Shown here: piece by piece, positions 18,819 to 28,384 of the stretch | Layout of the letters: each line of letters opens with the position of its first letter | Numbering within the stretch: the first letter of the stretch is position 1 | Assembly (NCBI GenBank): GCA_045616585.1 | Contig: JAZLGZ010000088.1 | Span: 11,161 to 75,160 of the forward strand | DNA length: 64,000 nucleotides | Origin: Lachnospiraceae bacterium | GTDB lineage: Bacteria > Bacillota > Clostridia > Lachnospirales > Lachnospiraceae | Direction of reading: 5' to 3' | Position numbers and translations under genes: made by a program | The notes under the pieces: generated by a model | What the model saw: only the letters and a program-made list of their open reading frames with translations | What the model was told of the DNA's origin: nothing | Database searches by the model: none

Positions 18819-19199
18819 ATGGCAGGTGCATCGGATATCATGAAGCTGCCCGGACTTAACGGCGTGTCGGAATTAAGCAGTGCCGCAAGTCTTAAGAATC
18901 CCGGAAAATTAAAAATGCTTGAAGGCTTTCAGGAGTCGGTATTAAGATCCGACCTTGAAGAAAAACAGGGATCGAGCTTTGACTCACTTCTCCGGTCTGC
19001 AATGCAGATGGTGAAGGAAACAAACGACTATACAAATGCTGCCGCAGAGGCGGAACTTTCATATGCGATGGGTATTACAAACAGTACCCATGATCTTCAG
19101 GTTGCGCAGATGAAGGCTAATATATCATTGCAGTATACCGTTGCGGTTCGCAATGCGGTTATGGACGCATATAAGGAAATTATGCAGCTGCAGTTCTAA
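18819..19199 (+). CDS. fliE: Flagellar hook-basal body complex protein FliE.
   Basis: C-terminal HDLQVAQMKANISLQYTVAVRNAVMDAYKEIMQLQF, a FliE signature. GGAGG RBS. Confidence 0.85.
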   Translation: MAGASDIMKLPGLNGVSELSSAASLKNPGKLKMLEGFQESVLRSDLEEKQGSSFDSLLRSAMQMVKETNDYTNAAAEAELSYAMGITNSTHDLQVAQMKANISLQYTVAVRNAVMDAYKEIMQLQF

Positions 19200-19236
19200 G
19201 TTTTGATTTATTAACTCGGATGGAGGAGGGTAGGCT

Positions 19237-20835
19237 ATGCCCGACAGTATAAAGAAGTATTGGACCAAACTGGTCGACATGTGGAAAAAGCTCACAAAAA
19301 GGCAGCGCGTGATAACCATCAGCTCTGTCGCTGTTGTCGTGATTACAATTATCATACTGATCGTCCTTCTCAATAAGGTTACTTATACTACGCTTTCCAC
19401 ATTCGATTCCACCGCTATGGCCAAGAGTGCCATGGATGCGCTTAACGAAAGCGGAATCCCAAACAGACTTGAAGAGGATAATTTGACCGTATCTGTCGAC
19501 ATCACCAGAAAACAGGATGCTGTGCTGGCGCTTACCGGAAGCGACACTACGGGCGAGATGACCCTTGCGATGCTGCTCAACAATGACCTTAGTACCACCA
19601 GCAATGATAAGAGCCTCAAGACACATCTGTATATGCAGGCAAGCATTGCCTCGGAGCTGACTCAGATTGACGGTGTTGAAAAGGCCGAGGTTATTTATTT
19701 CCCCGCAGATAATTCAAATTCGATTCTTCAGACCGCAAAAGAGGTCAGCTGCAGCGTCTTCGTAACAATTAACGATGCTTTTAATACCAAGGTTACACCG
19801 AAAACCATTGCTACCGCTGTGGCTTACTCAATAGGCAATGCGACCACCGACAGTATTAAGGTTGTCGATCAGCACGGTAATCTGCTTTTTGGCGGGGACG
19901 AAGAGGACAGAGATATTCAGGACTTAAATGCCAATCTTGCATACAAGAAACTGGTTGAAAAATGGTATAATGACAAGCTCTTTGAACTTGCCATCAAGAA
20001 TGGCTACGCGGATGCGGAGATTGTCAGCTCACTCAGCGTAAACTGCGACAAGGAGTCGGTTCTTTATACCGAGTATCTTGCGGGTGAAGGTCTTGAGCAG
20101 GGTCTTTATGATACTTACACAAAGATTTCTTCGGAATCCACGGGTGCAAGCGGTGATATTCCGGGAACCGATTCGAATGATGAGACCGACTATTATATTC
20201 AGAATACCGGTTCGGGAAACAGTTCGTACGACCAGTTGAATATAAAGTATAAGCCCAGCGAAAGAGTTACCGAGACCGTAAAGGAATGGGGTGTCATCGA
20301 CAATGCGGCATCTTCTCTCGGAATCGTGCTTACACAGGTTGAAACAATTACAGAGGAGGCACTTGAAAGGGAAGGCCTTCTTGATGAGATTTCTTTCGAT
20401 GAATACACATTCGCACACAGCGAGAGACGTCAGCTTGAATTCCCCGAAGAACTGTATAAGCTTTTCTCGGATGCAAGCGGCATTCCGGTAAACAATATTT
20501 CGATTTCGGCATATGCACTTCCGAACTATATTGCCAAGGAAGTATCCGAACAGAATGTTTCTCTGTATCTTGAGATTCTTCTTGCAGTGCTGATTATCGG
20601 ACTTCTTCTGTTTGTTGTATTCAGGGCTATGAAGCCTGAAGAGATTATCGAAATCGAACCCGAGCTCTCCGTTGAACGTCTTCTTGCAACCACAAAGGAG
20701 AATCAGAGTCTCGAGGATATCGAATTCGGCGAAAAGTCGGAAACCAGAAAACTTATCGAGAAATATATCGACGAGAATGCGGAGGCGGTGGCTGCACTGC
20801 TTCGAAACTGGCTGAACGACGACGGATGGGAATAA
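19237..20835 (+). CDS. fliF: Flagellar M-ring protein FliF.
   Basis: 532 aa with N- and C-terminal TM helices flanking a large periplasmic YscJ/FliF-type region. Operon position fits. Confidence 0.92.
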   Translation: MPDSIKKYWTKLVDMWKKLTKRQRVITISSVAVVVITIIILIVLLNKVTYTTLSTFDSTAMAKSAMDALNESGIPNRLEEDNLTVSVDITRKQDAVLALTGSDTTGEMTLAMLLNNDLSTTSNDKSLKTHLYMQASIASELTQIDGVEKAEVIYFPADNSNSILQTAKEVSCSVFVTINDAFNTKVTPKTIATAVAYSIGNATTDSIKVVDQHGNLLFGGDEEDRDIQDLNANLAYKKLVEKWYNDKLFELAIKNGYADAEIVSSLSVNCDKESVLYTEYLAGEGLEQGLYDTYTKISSESTGASGDIPGTDSNDETDYYIQNTGSGNSSYDQLNIKYKPSERVTETVKEWGVIDNAASSLGIVLTQVETITEEALEREGLLDEISFDEYTFAHSERRQLEFPEELYKLFSDASGIPVNNISISAYALPNYIAKEVSEQNVSLYLEILLAVLIIGLLLFVVFRAMKPEEIIEIEPELSVERLLATTKENQSLEDIEFGEKSETRKLIEKYIDENAEAVAALLRNWLNDDGWE

Positions 20836-20897
20836 TTAATCAAAGTGTTCACATATGTTATGGGGCGGGGATTTATCCCTGAAGGAACGGAGATTAT

Positions 20898-21923
20898 ATG
20901 AGTAATATAAATGCAAAAAATCTGCTTGATTACAATGGAGTTCAAAAAGCTGCGATTCTGATGATCGCACTCGGGCCCGAGCGTTCATCGAAGCTTTTCT
21001 CTCACCTGAAGGAAGAAGAAATAGAGGCGCTTACTCTGGAGATAGCCAATACAAAAAGTATTGACCAGGGAACCAAGGATGCGGTTATAGATGAATTTTA
21101 CGAGCTTTGTCTCGCACAGCAGTATATTGCTGAGGGTGGTATCGGATATGCGAAGGAGCTTCTTGAAAAAGCACTCGGAAACGATCGCGCAATCGATGTT
21201 ATCGGAAGACTTACCGCATCTTTGCAGGTACGTCCTTTCGAATTTGTCCGCAAGACAGATCCCACTCAGCTGCTTAACTTTATTCAGGATGAGCATCCCC
21301 AGACTATTGCTCTTATTTTGAGTTACCTTTCATCGGCTCAGTCAGCTCAGATTATCGGTGCATTGTCGCCCGATAAGCAGGCAGATGTCGCAAAGCGTAT
21401 CGCTATGATGGACAGAACCTCGCCCGATGTTATTCAGGAGGTTGAAAAGGTGCTCGAAAAGAAGCTTGCTTCACTTGTTAATCAGGATTACACCATTGCC
21501 GGCGGTGTCGATGCGGTTGTTGAAATCCTCAATACGGTTGACCGTGCTACCGAGAAGCATATTCTTGAAACTCTCGAAATCGAAGAGCCCGAGCTTGCCG
21601 ATGAGATCCGTAAGAAAATGTTCGTATTCGAAGATATTCTGTTGCTCGACGACAAGTCTGTACAGCGTGTTCTGCGCGAGGTTGAAAATTCGGATCTTGC
21701 TATTGCGCTTAAGGGTTCAAATGAGCAGGTACAGGAAGCAATCTTCAACAATATGTCCAAGCGTCTTGTTCAGATGATTCGCGAAGATATGGAGTTTATG
21801 GGTCCTGTTCGTATGAAGGATGTTGAGGAGGCACAGCAGAAGATAGTTAATATTATCCGTAAGCTTGAGGATACCGGTGAGATTATTATTTCACGTGGCG
21901 GAGGTGACGATATAGTTGTCTAA
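20898..21923 (+). CDS. fliG: Flagellar motor switch protein FliG.
   Basis: GVQKAAILMIALG, MFVFEDILLLDDKSVQRVLREV and a C-terminal torque-helix region. Confidence 0.95.
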   Translation: MSNINAKNLLDYNGVQKAAILMIALGPERSSKLFSHLKEEEIEALTLEIANTKSIDQGTKDAVIDEFYELCLAQQYIAEGGIGYAKELLEKALGNDRAIDVIGRLTASLQVRPFEFVRKTDPTQLLNFIQDEHPQTIALILSYLSSAQSAQIIGALSPDKQADVAKRIAMMDRTSPDVIQEVEKVLEKKLASLVNQDYTIAGGVDAVVEILNTVDRATEKHILETLEIEEPELADEIRKKMFVFEDILLLDDKSVQRVLREVENSDLAIALKGSNEQVQEAIFNNMSKRLVQMIREDMEFMGPVRMKDVEEAQQKIVNIIRKLEDTGEIIISRGGGDDIVV

Positions 21924-22845
21924 TGTTATAAAAGCCAGCCAGATTTCTTATGCGGAAACAATCAGAACAATAGATATGAACGGTCGTGCGGACGAGATTC
22001 ATCAAAAGCTCATGGAGAAGATGATGGATGAGGCAGCGATGACCGAACGGCTTGAGGAAGTCTCAAGACGACTTGAAGAAGAAAAAATTCTTACATCCGA
22101 CGATGTCGATTTTGTGCCCGGAATCGTAACCGAACAGCTTTATCTTGAAGATGAAGACGGTGTTCCGGGTGCCGAAGGGGCTGCTGTGGGCCTTGAAGGC
22201 AGACTTCTTGAGAAAAGACGTGAACTCGAAGAGTTGGAGCAGGAGCTTGAACAGCGGCGTTTGGAGGCTGAACATATTATAAACGAAGCCAACGAGCAGG
22301 CAAAGCAGATACTGGAAAAAGCGATGGATCAGGCGGAAGAACTTAAGGCCGATGCCGTGCGGGAAGCGCAGGAGCAAGGCTATGGTCAGGGTATGGCGAT
22401 GGCTGAGGAAGAATTAAAAGCAGCCAGGCAGAAAGTTGAAGAGCTTGCACAAAAATATAAAGAAGATTATGAGAAGCAGGTGGAAGAGTTGGAGCCTGCT
22501 TTTGTCGAAATAGTGATTAAATATGTCCAAAAGCTTACAGGAATATATGCTGAGGACAAGCGTGACATTATCCTTCACCTCATCGACGGTGCAATGAAGG
22601 ATAAGAAGGGAATCGAAAACTTTATTATCAGAGTTTCCGAGGCCGACTTTGCGATGGCCTCGTATTCGAAAGATTCGGTCAGAGGTTATTTAAGTGAGAA
22701 TGCTTCGGTTGAAGTGGTTGCTGACAAGCTTCTTGAGAAGAACCACTGTATGATTGAGACTGAATCGCGTATTTTTGACTGCAGTCTTGACGGTCAGATG
22801 ATGAACCTCATAGAGGATATCAGACTTCTTGCCGAAAGAGAGTAA
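21916..22845 (+). CDS. fliH: Flagellar assembly protein FliH (export ATPase regulator).
   Basis: TTG start overlapping the fliG stop by 8 nt. Glu-rich coiled coil plus a FliH/NtpE-like C-domain. Lies between fliG and fliI. Confidence 0.8.
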   Translation: MSNVIKASQISYAETIRTIDMNGRADEIHQKLMEKMMDEAAMTERLEEVSRRLEEEKILTSDDVDFVPGIVTEQLYLEDEDGVPGAEGAAVGLEGRLLEKRRELEELEQELEQRRLEAEHIINEANEQAKQILEKAMDQAEELKADAVREAQEQGYGQGMAMAEEELKAARQKVEELAQKYKEDYEKQVEELEPAFVEIVIKYVQKLTGIYAEDKRDIILHLIDGAMKDKKGIENFIIRVSEADFAMASYSKDSVRGYLSENASVEVVADKLLEKNHCMIETESRIFDCSLDGQMMNLIEDIRLLAERE

Positions 22846-22863
22846 AGTGCGGAGAGTTAAAAA

Positions 22864-24171
22864 ATGGATTTATCAAAGTATGAAGCTTTGACAGAGAAAA
22901 ATTATGTGAAGGAACTCGGAAGAGTAACCAGAGTAGTCGGCCTGACGATTGAATCGCAGGGACCGGATGTGGTTCTTGAAGATATGTGTATCGTAACTTC
23001 GAAGGATCATACGGTTTCGGCTATGTGCGAAGTCATCGGATTTAAGGATGACTATGTAATTCTGATGCCCTATGAGGATATCTCGGGAATCGGAGTCGGC
23101 AGCACGGTTATGAATACCGGAGCGAAATTCAGTGTTAAGGTGGGACAGAAACTGCTCGGCAAGGCGCTTGACGGCCTGGGAGCACCAATGGACGGAAGTG
23201 AATTAAGAACGGCTATGACCTATCCTTCCGAAGCGGATCCCCCGGATCCTCTTAAAAGGGCGATGATTACCGAACCTCTGACTCTGGGAGTTAAAGCAGT
23301 AGACGGACTGCTTACGATAGGCAAGGGACAGCGAATCGGAATCTTTGCCGGTTCCGGAGTCGGCAAGTCGACACTTCTCGGTATGTTTGCGAGAAATACA
23401 AAGGCGGACGTCAATGTTATTGCTCTTATCGGAGAGCGTGGTCGTGAGGTTCGTGAGTTCATAGAACGGGATTTGGGAGAGGAAGGTATGGCCAGGTCGG
23501 TTGTTATTATTGCGACTTCCGATAAGCCTGCACTTACCAGAAAGAAGGCGGCCAAGACAGCAACCGCCATTGCGGAATATTTCAGAGATACGGGAAAGGA
23601 TGTCCTTTTGATGATGGACTCGCTGACTCGTTTTTCCATGGCACAGCGTGAAATCGGTCTTGCGGCCGGTGAGCCTCCGGTATCGAGAGGCTATCCCCCG
23701 AGCGTATATACGGAAATGCCGAAGCTTCTGGAGCGAGCAGGTAAATCCGACAAGGGGTCGATTACAGGCCTCTATACCGTTCTGGTTGACGGTGACGATT
23801 TTAATGAACCGATAACCGATACCGCTCGAGGTGTATTGGACGGACATATTATTTTGTCACGAAGTTTGGGCGCGAAGGGGCATTATCCCGCAATCGACAT
23901 TTTGTCGAGTATCTCCCGTGTAATGAGTTCTATAGTTACGGACAGGCAGAAAAAACTTGCTTCGAAGCTTAAAATGATTATGGCAACCTACAGAGAGTCC
24001 GAGGACCTTATTAATATCGGAGCTTATAAAGCCGGTGCTAATAAGAACATTGACTATGCAATAGCAAAAATTGATGCGGTCAATGATTTCCTGCGCCAGG
24101 AAACTCATGACAAATTTTCTTTTGATGACACATTGGCCGGCCTCGAAGCGATTTTTGAGGACGAAGGCTGA
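22864..24171 (+). CDS. fliI: Flagellum-specific ATP synthase FliI.
   Basis: Walker A GIFAGSGVGKSTLLGM and Walker B LLMMDSLTR, with F1-beta-like architecture. Confidence 0.95.
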   Translation: MDLSKYEALTEKNYVKELGRVTRVVGLTIESQGPDVVLEDMCIVTSKDHTVSAMCEVIGFKDDYVILMPYEDISGIGVGSTVMNTGAKFSVKVGQKLLGKALDGLGAPMDGSELRTAMTYPSEADPPDPLKRAMITEPLTLGVKAVDGLLTIGKGQRIGIFAGSGVGKSTLLGMFARNTKADVNVIALIGERGREVREFIERDLGEEGMARSVVIIATSDKPALTRKKAAKTATAIAEYFRDTGKDVLLMMDSLTRFSMAQREIGLAAGEPPVSRGYPPSVYTEMPKLLERAGKSDKGSITGLYTVLVDGDDFNEPITDTARGVLDGHIILSRSLGAKGHYPAIDILSSISRVMSSIVTDRQKKLASKLKMIMATYRESEDLINIGAYKAGANKNIDYAIAKIDAVNDFLRQETHDKFSFDDTLAGLEAIFEDEG

Positions 24172-24188
24172 TTGATTCGGTGATTTGA

Positions 24189-24656
24189 ATGAATAAGTTT
24201 GTATTTGAACTTCAGGGAGTCCTGGATATTAAGCAAAAACTTGAAGGGCAGGCTAAAATAAACTTTGGCGTGGCACGTGCAAAACTCACGGCAGAGGAAG
24301 AAAAAAGGGATGCCATCAAGGTCAGAATCGATGAATACCGTGACAGGCTTTCGAGTCTTGTAAACGGAAAACTAAACCTTGTGGAACTTGGAAGATGCGA
24401 AGATGCGATTGATATTCTCGGTGAGCAGCTGTCACAGCAGGAGATGGCCGTCAGAAGGGCCGAAAAGCAGGTAGAACTGATGAGAACCCGACTTAATGCC
24501 ATTGTAATGGAGCGAAAGACCATCGAAAAACTTCGCGAGAAGCGATTTGAAGAATATATGCAGGAATACAACGCCGAAGAGCGCAAACAGGTGGATGAGT
24601 TGATAAGCTACAGACACGGCAATACCGGAAAAGATGCACGGCAGGCGGAGTCTTGA
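24189..24656 (+). CDS. fliJ: Flagellar export chaperone/stalk protein FliJ.
   Basis: 155-aa all-coiled-coil protein immediately after fliI. Confidence 0.8.
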   Translation: MNKFVFELQGVLDIKQKLEGQAKINFGVARAKLTAEEEKRDAIKVRIDEYRDRLSSLVNGKLNLVELGRCEDAIDILGEQLSQQEMAVRRAEKQVELMRTRLNAIVMERKTIEKLREKRFEEYMQEYNAEERKQVDELISYRHGNTGKDARQAES

Positions 24657-24673
24657 TGAAGGAAGGATAAGTA

Positions 24674-25468
24674 ATGGCAAAAAAGGACGATATTATTACG
24701 ACTACCGATGAAGAGAGTGTCGGAAGCAAAATCGGAACCGGGCTTATGATAGTTCTTATAGTTCTTATTTGGCTGGCGATATTTGCTCTCCTGATAAAAA
24801 TGGATGTCGGAGGAATGGGAACCGCTCTCAGGCCTCTTATTAAGGACGTTCCCGGACTTAACATTATTCTTCCGGACGTATCGGACGATGTTCTTATCAA
24901 TGAACAGAATTATCCGTACAAAAACATTTCCGAGGCTGTTGAGGTTATAAAGGAGCTCGAACGTCAGGTGGATGATCTTGATACCGAAAACGGTGTATAC
25001 GCCAGAAAAATTCTTGAACTTCAGTCTGAACTTGACCGACTCAGAGCATATGAGGAAGAGTATAAGGCTTTTGAAGAAAGAGTAAAACGATTTGACGTTG
25101 AGGTTGTTTACAATTCTCAGGCTCCGGACATTTCCGAATATAAAAAGTTTTATGAAGAAATAAATCCCGATACGGCAGCCGAGATTTACAGACAGGTGGT
25201 TGAACAGCTTCAGTATGACGAATCCGTAAAAGAAAAAGCCGCAATATTAAAGACCATGAAGCCGGGCAATGCCGCAAAAGTTCTCGAAGAGATGACAGCG
25301 GATGTCGAATACACCTGTAAGCTTCTGCTTTGCCTTAAAACCGATGAAGCGGCAGCGATTATGGATAAAATGGATACTTTGTTCGTGGCTCGTGTTCTTC
25401 AGACAATGCATGATATGGATGAAGAATGGTACAACAGAATCCAGAGTAATTTGTTACAGAATAAGTAA
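24674..25468 (+). CDS. Membrane-anchored MgtE-N-like flagellar protein (YlxF-like).
   Basis: N-terminal TM helix, coiled coil and a C-terminal MgtE_N-like repeat (KTMKPGNAAKVLEEM..., TDEAAAIMDKMD). Same operon slot as B. subtilis ylxF. Confidence 0.7.
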   Translation: MAKKDDIITTTDEESVGSKIGTGLMIVLIVLIWLAIFALLIKMDVGGMGTALRPLIKDVPGLNIILPDVSDDVLINEQNYPYKNISEAVEVIKELERQVDDLDTENGVYARKILELQSELDRLRAYEEEYKAFEERVKRFDVEVVYNSQAPDISEYKKFYEEINPDTAAEIYRQVVEQLQYDESVKEKAAILKTMKPGNAAKVLEEMTADVEYTCKLLLCLKTDEAAAIMDKMDTLFVARVLQTMHDMDEEWYNRIQSNLLQNK

Positions 25469-25515
25469 AAAAAACAAAAAAACCACATTATCTTGTTATC
25501 CTTTTCGATGTTTAT

Positions 25516-25523
25516 GCCGATAT
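25516..25523 (+). promoter_or_regulatory. Sigma-28 -10-like octamer GCCGATAT inside the operon, upstream of fliK.
   Basis: Exact GCCGATAT, 60 nt before ATG 25584, in a 115-nt intergenic gap. The -35 is not convincing (TTAT/TATC instead of TAAA). Confidence 0.3.
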
Positions 25524-25583
25524 ATATATTGTAGGGCAGAAAAGCCCGAACGGTAAAACACGGAAGCAGGAAGGAGGATAATA

Positions 25584-27056
25584 ATGACTGCAATAGGAAT
25601 GAGTGCGGCGGATATGCAAAGCCGGGCAGCTTCCTTTGTATCAGTCAGGGTAAGTCAGATATCGGTAACCGGCGGTTCGAAGTTTTCAGATTCGTTTGCG
25701 AAAAGATTGGAAACCGCAAGAAGCAATGAAGACGTAAGAAGCGTATCGGTTATCAAATCACAGAAAACTGAATACAGTAAGGAACAGCCCAAGGCAGCAG
25801 AAGTATCCGAAAAGGGTGAGACGGCAAATCAGGTTGAGAAAATCAATACAGCTAAGGCCGGTGAAAAAGTTGAAGCTAAAGCGGAAAACTTATCGCCGGA
25901 AGAGACGAAGAGTGCTTCAAACACCGAAAAGACGGAAGGGATTTCGGAGGAGGAAGTTGTTAAGGCTCTTGAAATTCTGAATTCTTTGATGCAGGGAATT
26001 GCAAACATTCTTGAGGTGTCACTCAGGGAACTTCAGGGGAGCTTCGAGGAACTTAATCTGGAACCCGCTGATTTGTTCGACACATCAAAACTTACACAGC
26101 TGGTACTGAGCGTTGAAAATACCGAGGACATTTCACAGATGCTTACCGACAGCGATATGCTCGAAAGTTTCAATGAAATCAAAGAACTTGTCGGAAACGT
26201 TTTGCAGGATATGTCTATGGAGGCTGAAAGGTTTAAGGAAATTACCGAAAACGGACAGTTTAACGAACAGCTTGAAATTGCCGAGGATGAAACGGGAGAG
26301 GTTCTCGTCCTGAATGAAGTCGGCAAAGAAAAGCCCGATGCGAACAAAACTTCGGTGAAAAACGAAGAAGCGAAAGACTTTACTGTTGAGGTTAATAAAT
26401 TTGAAACCGCGAGCAAAGAGGTTGAAACATTCGGAACCGAAAACAGCAGGGACAACGGTTTCGGAACCGGAAAATCGGATGATCGCAAGTCGGGAACCGA
26501 ATATAAATTAAAGACTTCGGAACTGACAGCCGGAGAGAATTTTGTTGCGGGACTTGAAAAAGCCATTGCAAGCGATACGGTTGAACTCCCTACGGGAGAG
26601 CAGATAAGCGTAAGAGACATAGTATTTCAGCTTACCGAAGCTGTTAAGGTAAATATCGATTCTGAGCATACCAGCCTTGAGATGAATTTAAATCCCGAGA
26701 GCCTCGGAAGAGTAAACCTTAACATTACTTCCAAAAACGGAGTAATGACAGCACAGATCACAACCGAGAACGAGGTTTCTAAAGAAGCACTTGAGTCACA
26801 GCTTCAGATTCTTAAAGAAAATATTGAAGCGCAGGGCGTAAGAGTAGAGGCAATCGAAGTTACTGTTTCAAGCTATACCTTTGCCGACAGCAAGAATGCC
26901 CAGGGAGAGTCAAGAGAACATCCCGAGAACAACTCCGATAAAGTAAGAGGCAGTCGTTCGTTTGTAACCGATGCGGAGACAGCCGATACCGAAGAAGAGT
27001 CGTTGACACAGGAAATTATGCGTCAGAGCGGAAGTACAGTAATGTACAGAGCATGA
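25584..27056 (+). CDS. fliK: Flagellar hook-length control protein FliK.
   Basis: Long acidic, disordered N-region and a C-terminal Flg_hook domain (LNPESLGRVNLNITSKNGVMTAQITTEN). Confidence 0.85.
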   Translation: MTAIGMSAADMQSRAASFVSVRVSQISVTGGSKFSDSFAKRLETARSNEDVRSVSVIKSQKTEYSKEQPKAAEVSEKGETANQVEKINTAKAGEKVEAKAENLSPEETKSASNTEKTEGISEEEVVKALEILNSLMQGIANILEVSLRELQGSFEELNLEPADLFDTSKLTQLVLSVENTEDISQMLTDSDMLESFNEIKELVGNVLQDMSMEAERFKEITENGQFNEQLEIAEDETGEVLVLNEVGKEKPDANKTSVKNEEAKDFTVEVNKFETASKEVETFGTENSRDNGFGTGKSDDRKSGTEYKLKTSELTAGENFVAGLEKAIASDTVELPTGEQISVRDIVFQLTEAVKVNIDSEHTSLEMNLNPESLGRVNLNITSKNGVMTAQITTENEVSKEALESQLQILKENIEAQGVRVEAIEVTVSSYTFADSKNAQGESREHPENNSDKVRGSRSFVTDAETADTEEESLTQEIMRQSGSTVMYRA

Positions 27057-27079
27057 CAGAAACAGAGAGGACATAAGGA

Positions 27080-27880
27080 ATGAGCGATAATACAACAGGT
27101 CTTATGGCCGGAGTCAAAAACGGAGTCGTAAATTATACCGCTTCATCAGAGACTCTGGGAGATCAAAAGGTCAGAGGAAGTTCTGAACTCGGAAAAGATG
27201 CTTTTCTTCAGCTTCTGGTTTGCCAGATGCAGAATCAGGACCCGCTTGAGCCCAGCAACGATACCGAATTTGTTTCGCAGCTTGCGCAGTTCTCGTCACT
27301 TGAACAGCTTCAGAATCTCAGCGGCGAATCCGAAAAATCACAGGCGTTTTCACTTGTCGGCCAGTATGTTACTTTTGAAATTAAGGATACGAACGGCAAG
27401 ACCACTTATCCCGAAGGTGTTGTTGATTATGTGAGCATGGTCGGCAGCAAGATTAAGCTTTCGGTAAACGGGACCTTATATGACTATTCGGATCTTCAGA
27501 GTGTTGTTGATACTGAATTTTATGTTTCTCAGAATCTGCCTAAGATTCCGGCAGCTTATGATTTCAGCTACAATGCGAAGAGCCCCGAAAATCTCATTAT
27601 CGAGGTTGATTACGGAAAAGATGATTACAAGGCTTCGGAGGTTGCAATCGTTATAGGCGGAAAGCCAATCGACGGTTCATATCTGACATATCGAAACAAT
27701 ACTGTTACAATTGATAAAAAGGCATTTGCGGATATGCCCAACGGTGAATATCCGGCATCAATCGTCTTTAACAATTCACTTTACACTACAGTCAGTGACA
27801 AACTTAAAATAACAATTTTTAATTCGGAAGTTACACCCGGAGCAGATGAAGCTCCTGCCGAAGAAGAGGCTAAAGGATAA
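27080..27880 (+). CDS. flgD: Flagellar hook capping/assembly protein FlgD.
   Basis: FLQLLVCQMQNQDPLEP and FVSQLAQFSSLEQ FlgD N-motifs, plus a beta-rich C-domain. Confidence 0.9.
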   Translation: MSDNTTGLMAGVKNGVVNYTASSETLGDQKVRGSSELGKDAFLQLLVCQMQNQDPLEPSNDTEFVSQLAQFSSLEQLQNLSGESEKSQAFSLVGQYVTFEIKDTNGKTTYPEGVVDYVSMVGSKIKLSVNGTLYDYSDLQSVVDTEFYVSQNLPKIPAAYDFSYNAKSPENLIIEVDYGKDDYKASEVAIVIGGKPIDGSYLTYRNNTVTIDKKAFADMPNGEYPASIVFNNSLYTTVSDKLKITIFNSEVTPGADEAPAEEEAKG

Positions 27881-27899
27881 TTTCCGATAGGAGGAAAGG

Positions 27900-28292
27900 A
27901 TGCCTGCTAATATAATTAACAATTTCCCTTCCATCCAGCAGATGACCGAACAGATAGGACGTTCGGACAAAAACGGAAGCTCAAAAACTACGATTCAGGG
28001 TAAGTCTTTTGAACAGATTTTACATGAAAGAACAAGCATAGGTTCGGGACTTAAATTTTCAAAGCATGCCAGCCTCAGAATGCAGGATCGTGACATCGAT
28101 CTTTCACAGGATCAGTGGGAAAGACTTGAAAACGGAGTCGAAAGAGCAGGACAGAAGGGAATCAAAGAATCATTGGTTATGGTTGACAACCTTGCGTTTA
28201 TCGTGAATGTCAGCAACAATACGGTGATAACGGCAGTCGGTGAAGGAGAAGACAAGATTTTTACCAATATCGACGGTGCAATAATCACATAA
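27900..28292 (+). CDS. Small 'flagellar operon protein' (TIGR02530-like) between flgD and flgE.
   Basis: 130 aa with KFSKHASLRMQDRDIDLS..., as I recall for the clostridial/spirochaetal family found in this slot. AGGAGG RBS. Confidence 0.65.
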   Translation: MPANIINNFPSIQQMTEQIGRSDKNGSSKTTIQGKSFEQILHERTSIGSGLKFSKHASLRMQDRDIDLSQDQWERLENGVERAGQKGIKESLVMVDNLAFIVNVSNNTVITAVGEGEDKIFTNIDGAIIT

Positions 28293-28384
28293 AATTCAGA
28301 AACTTAACCGCCGGACCTGATGGAGGCGGAGACAGCCGAATGCCAGAGGCTGTCAGGTTTCACAATCCATGGAGGTAAAATATT

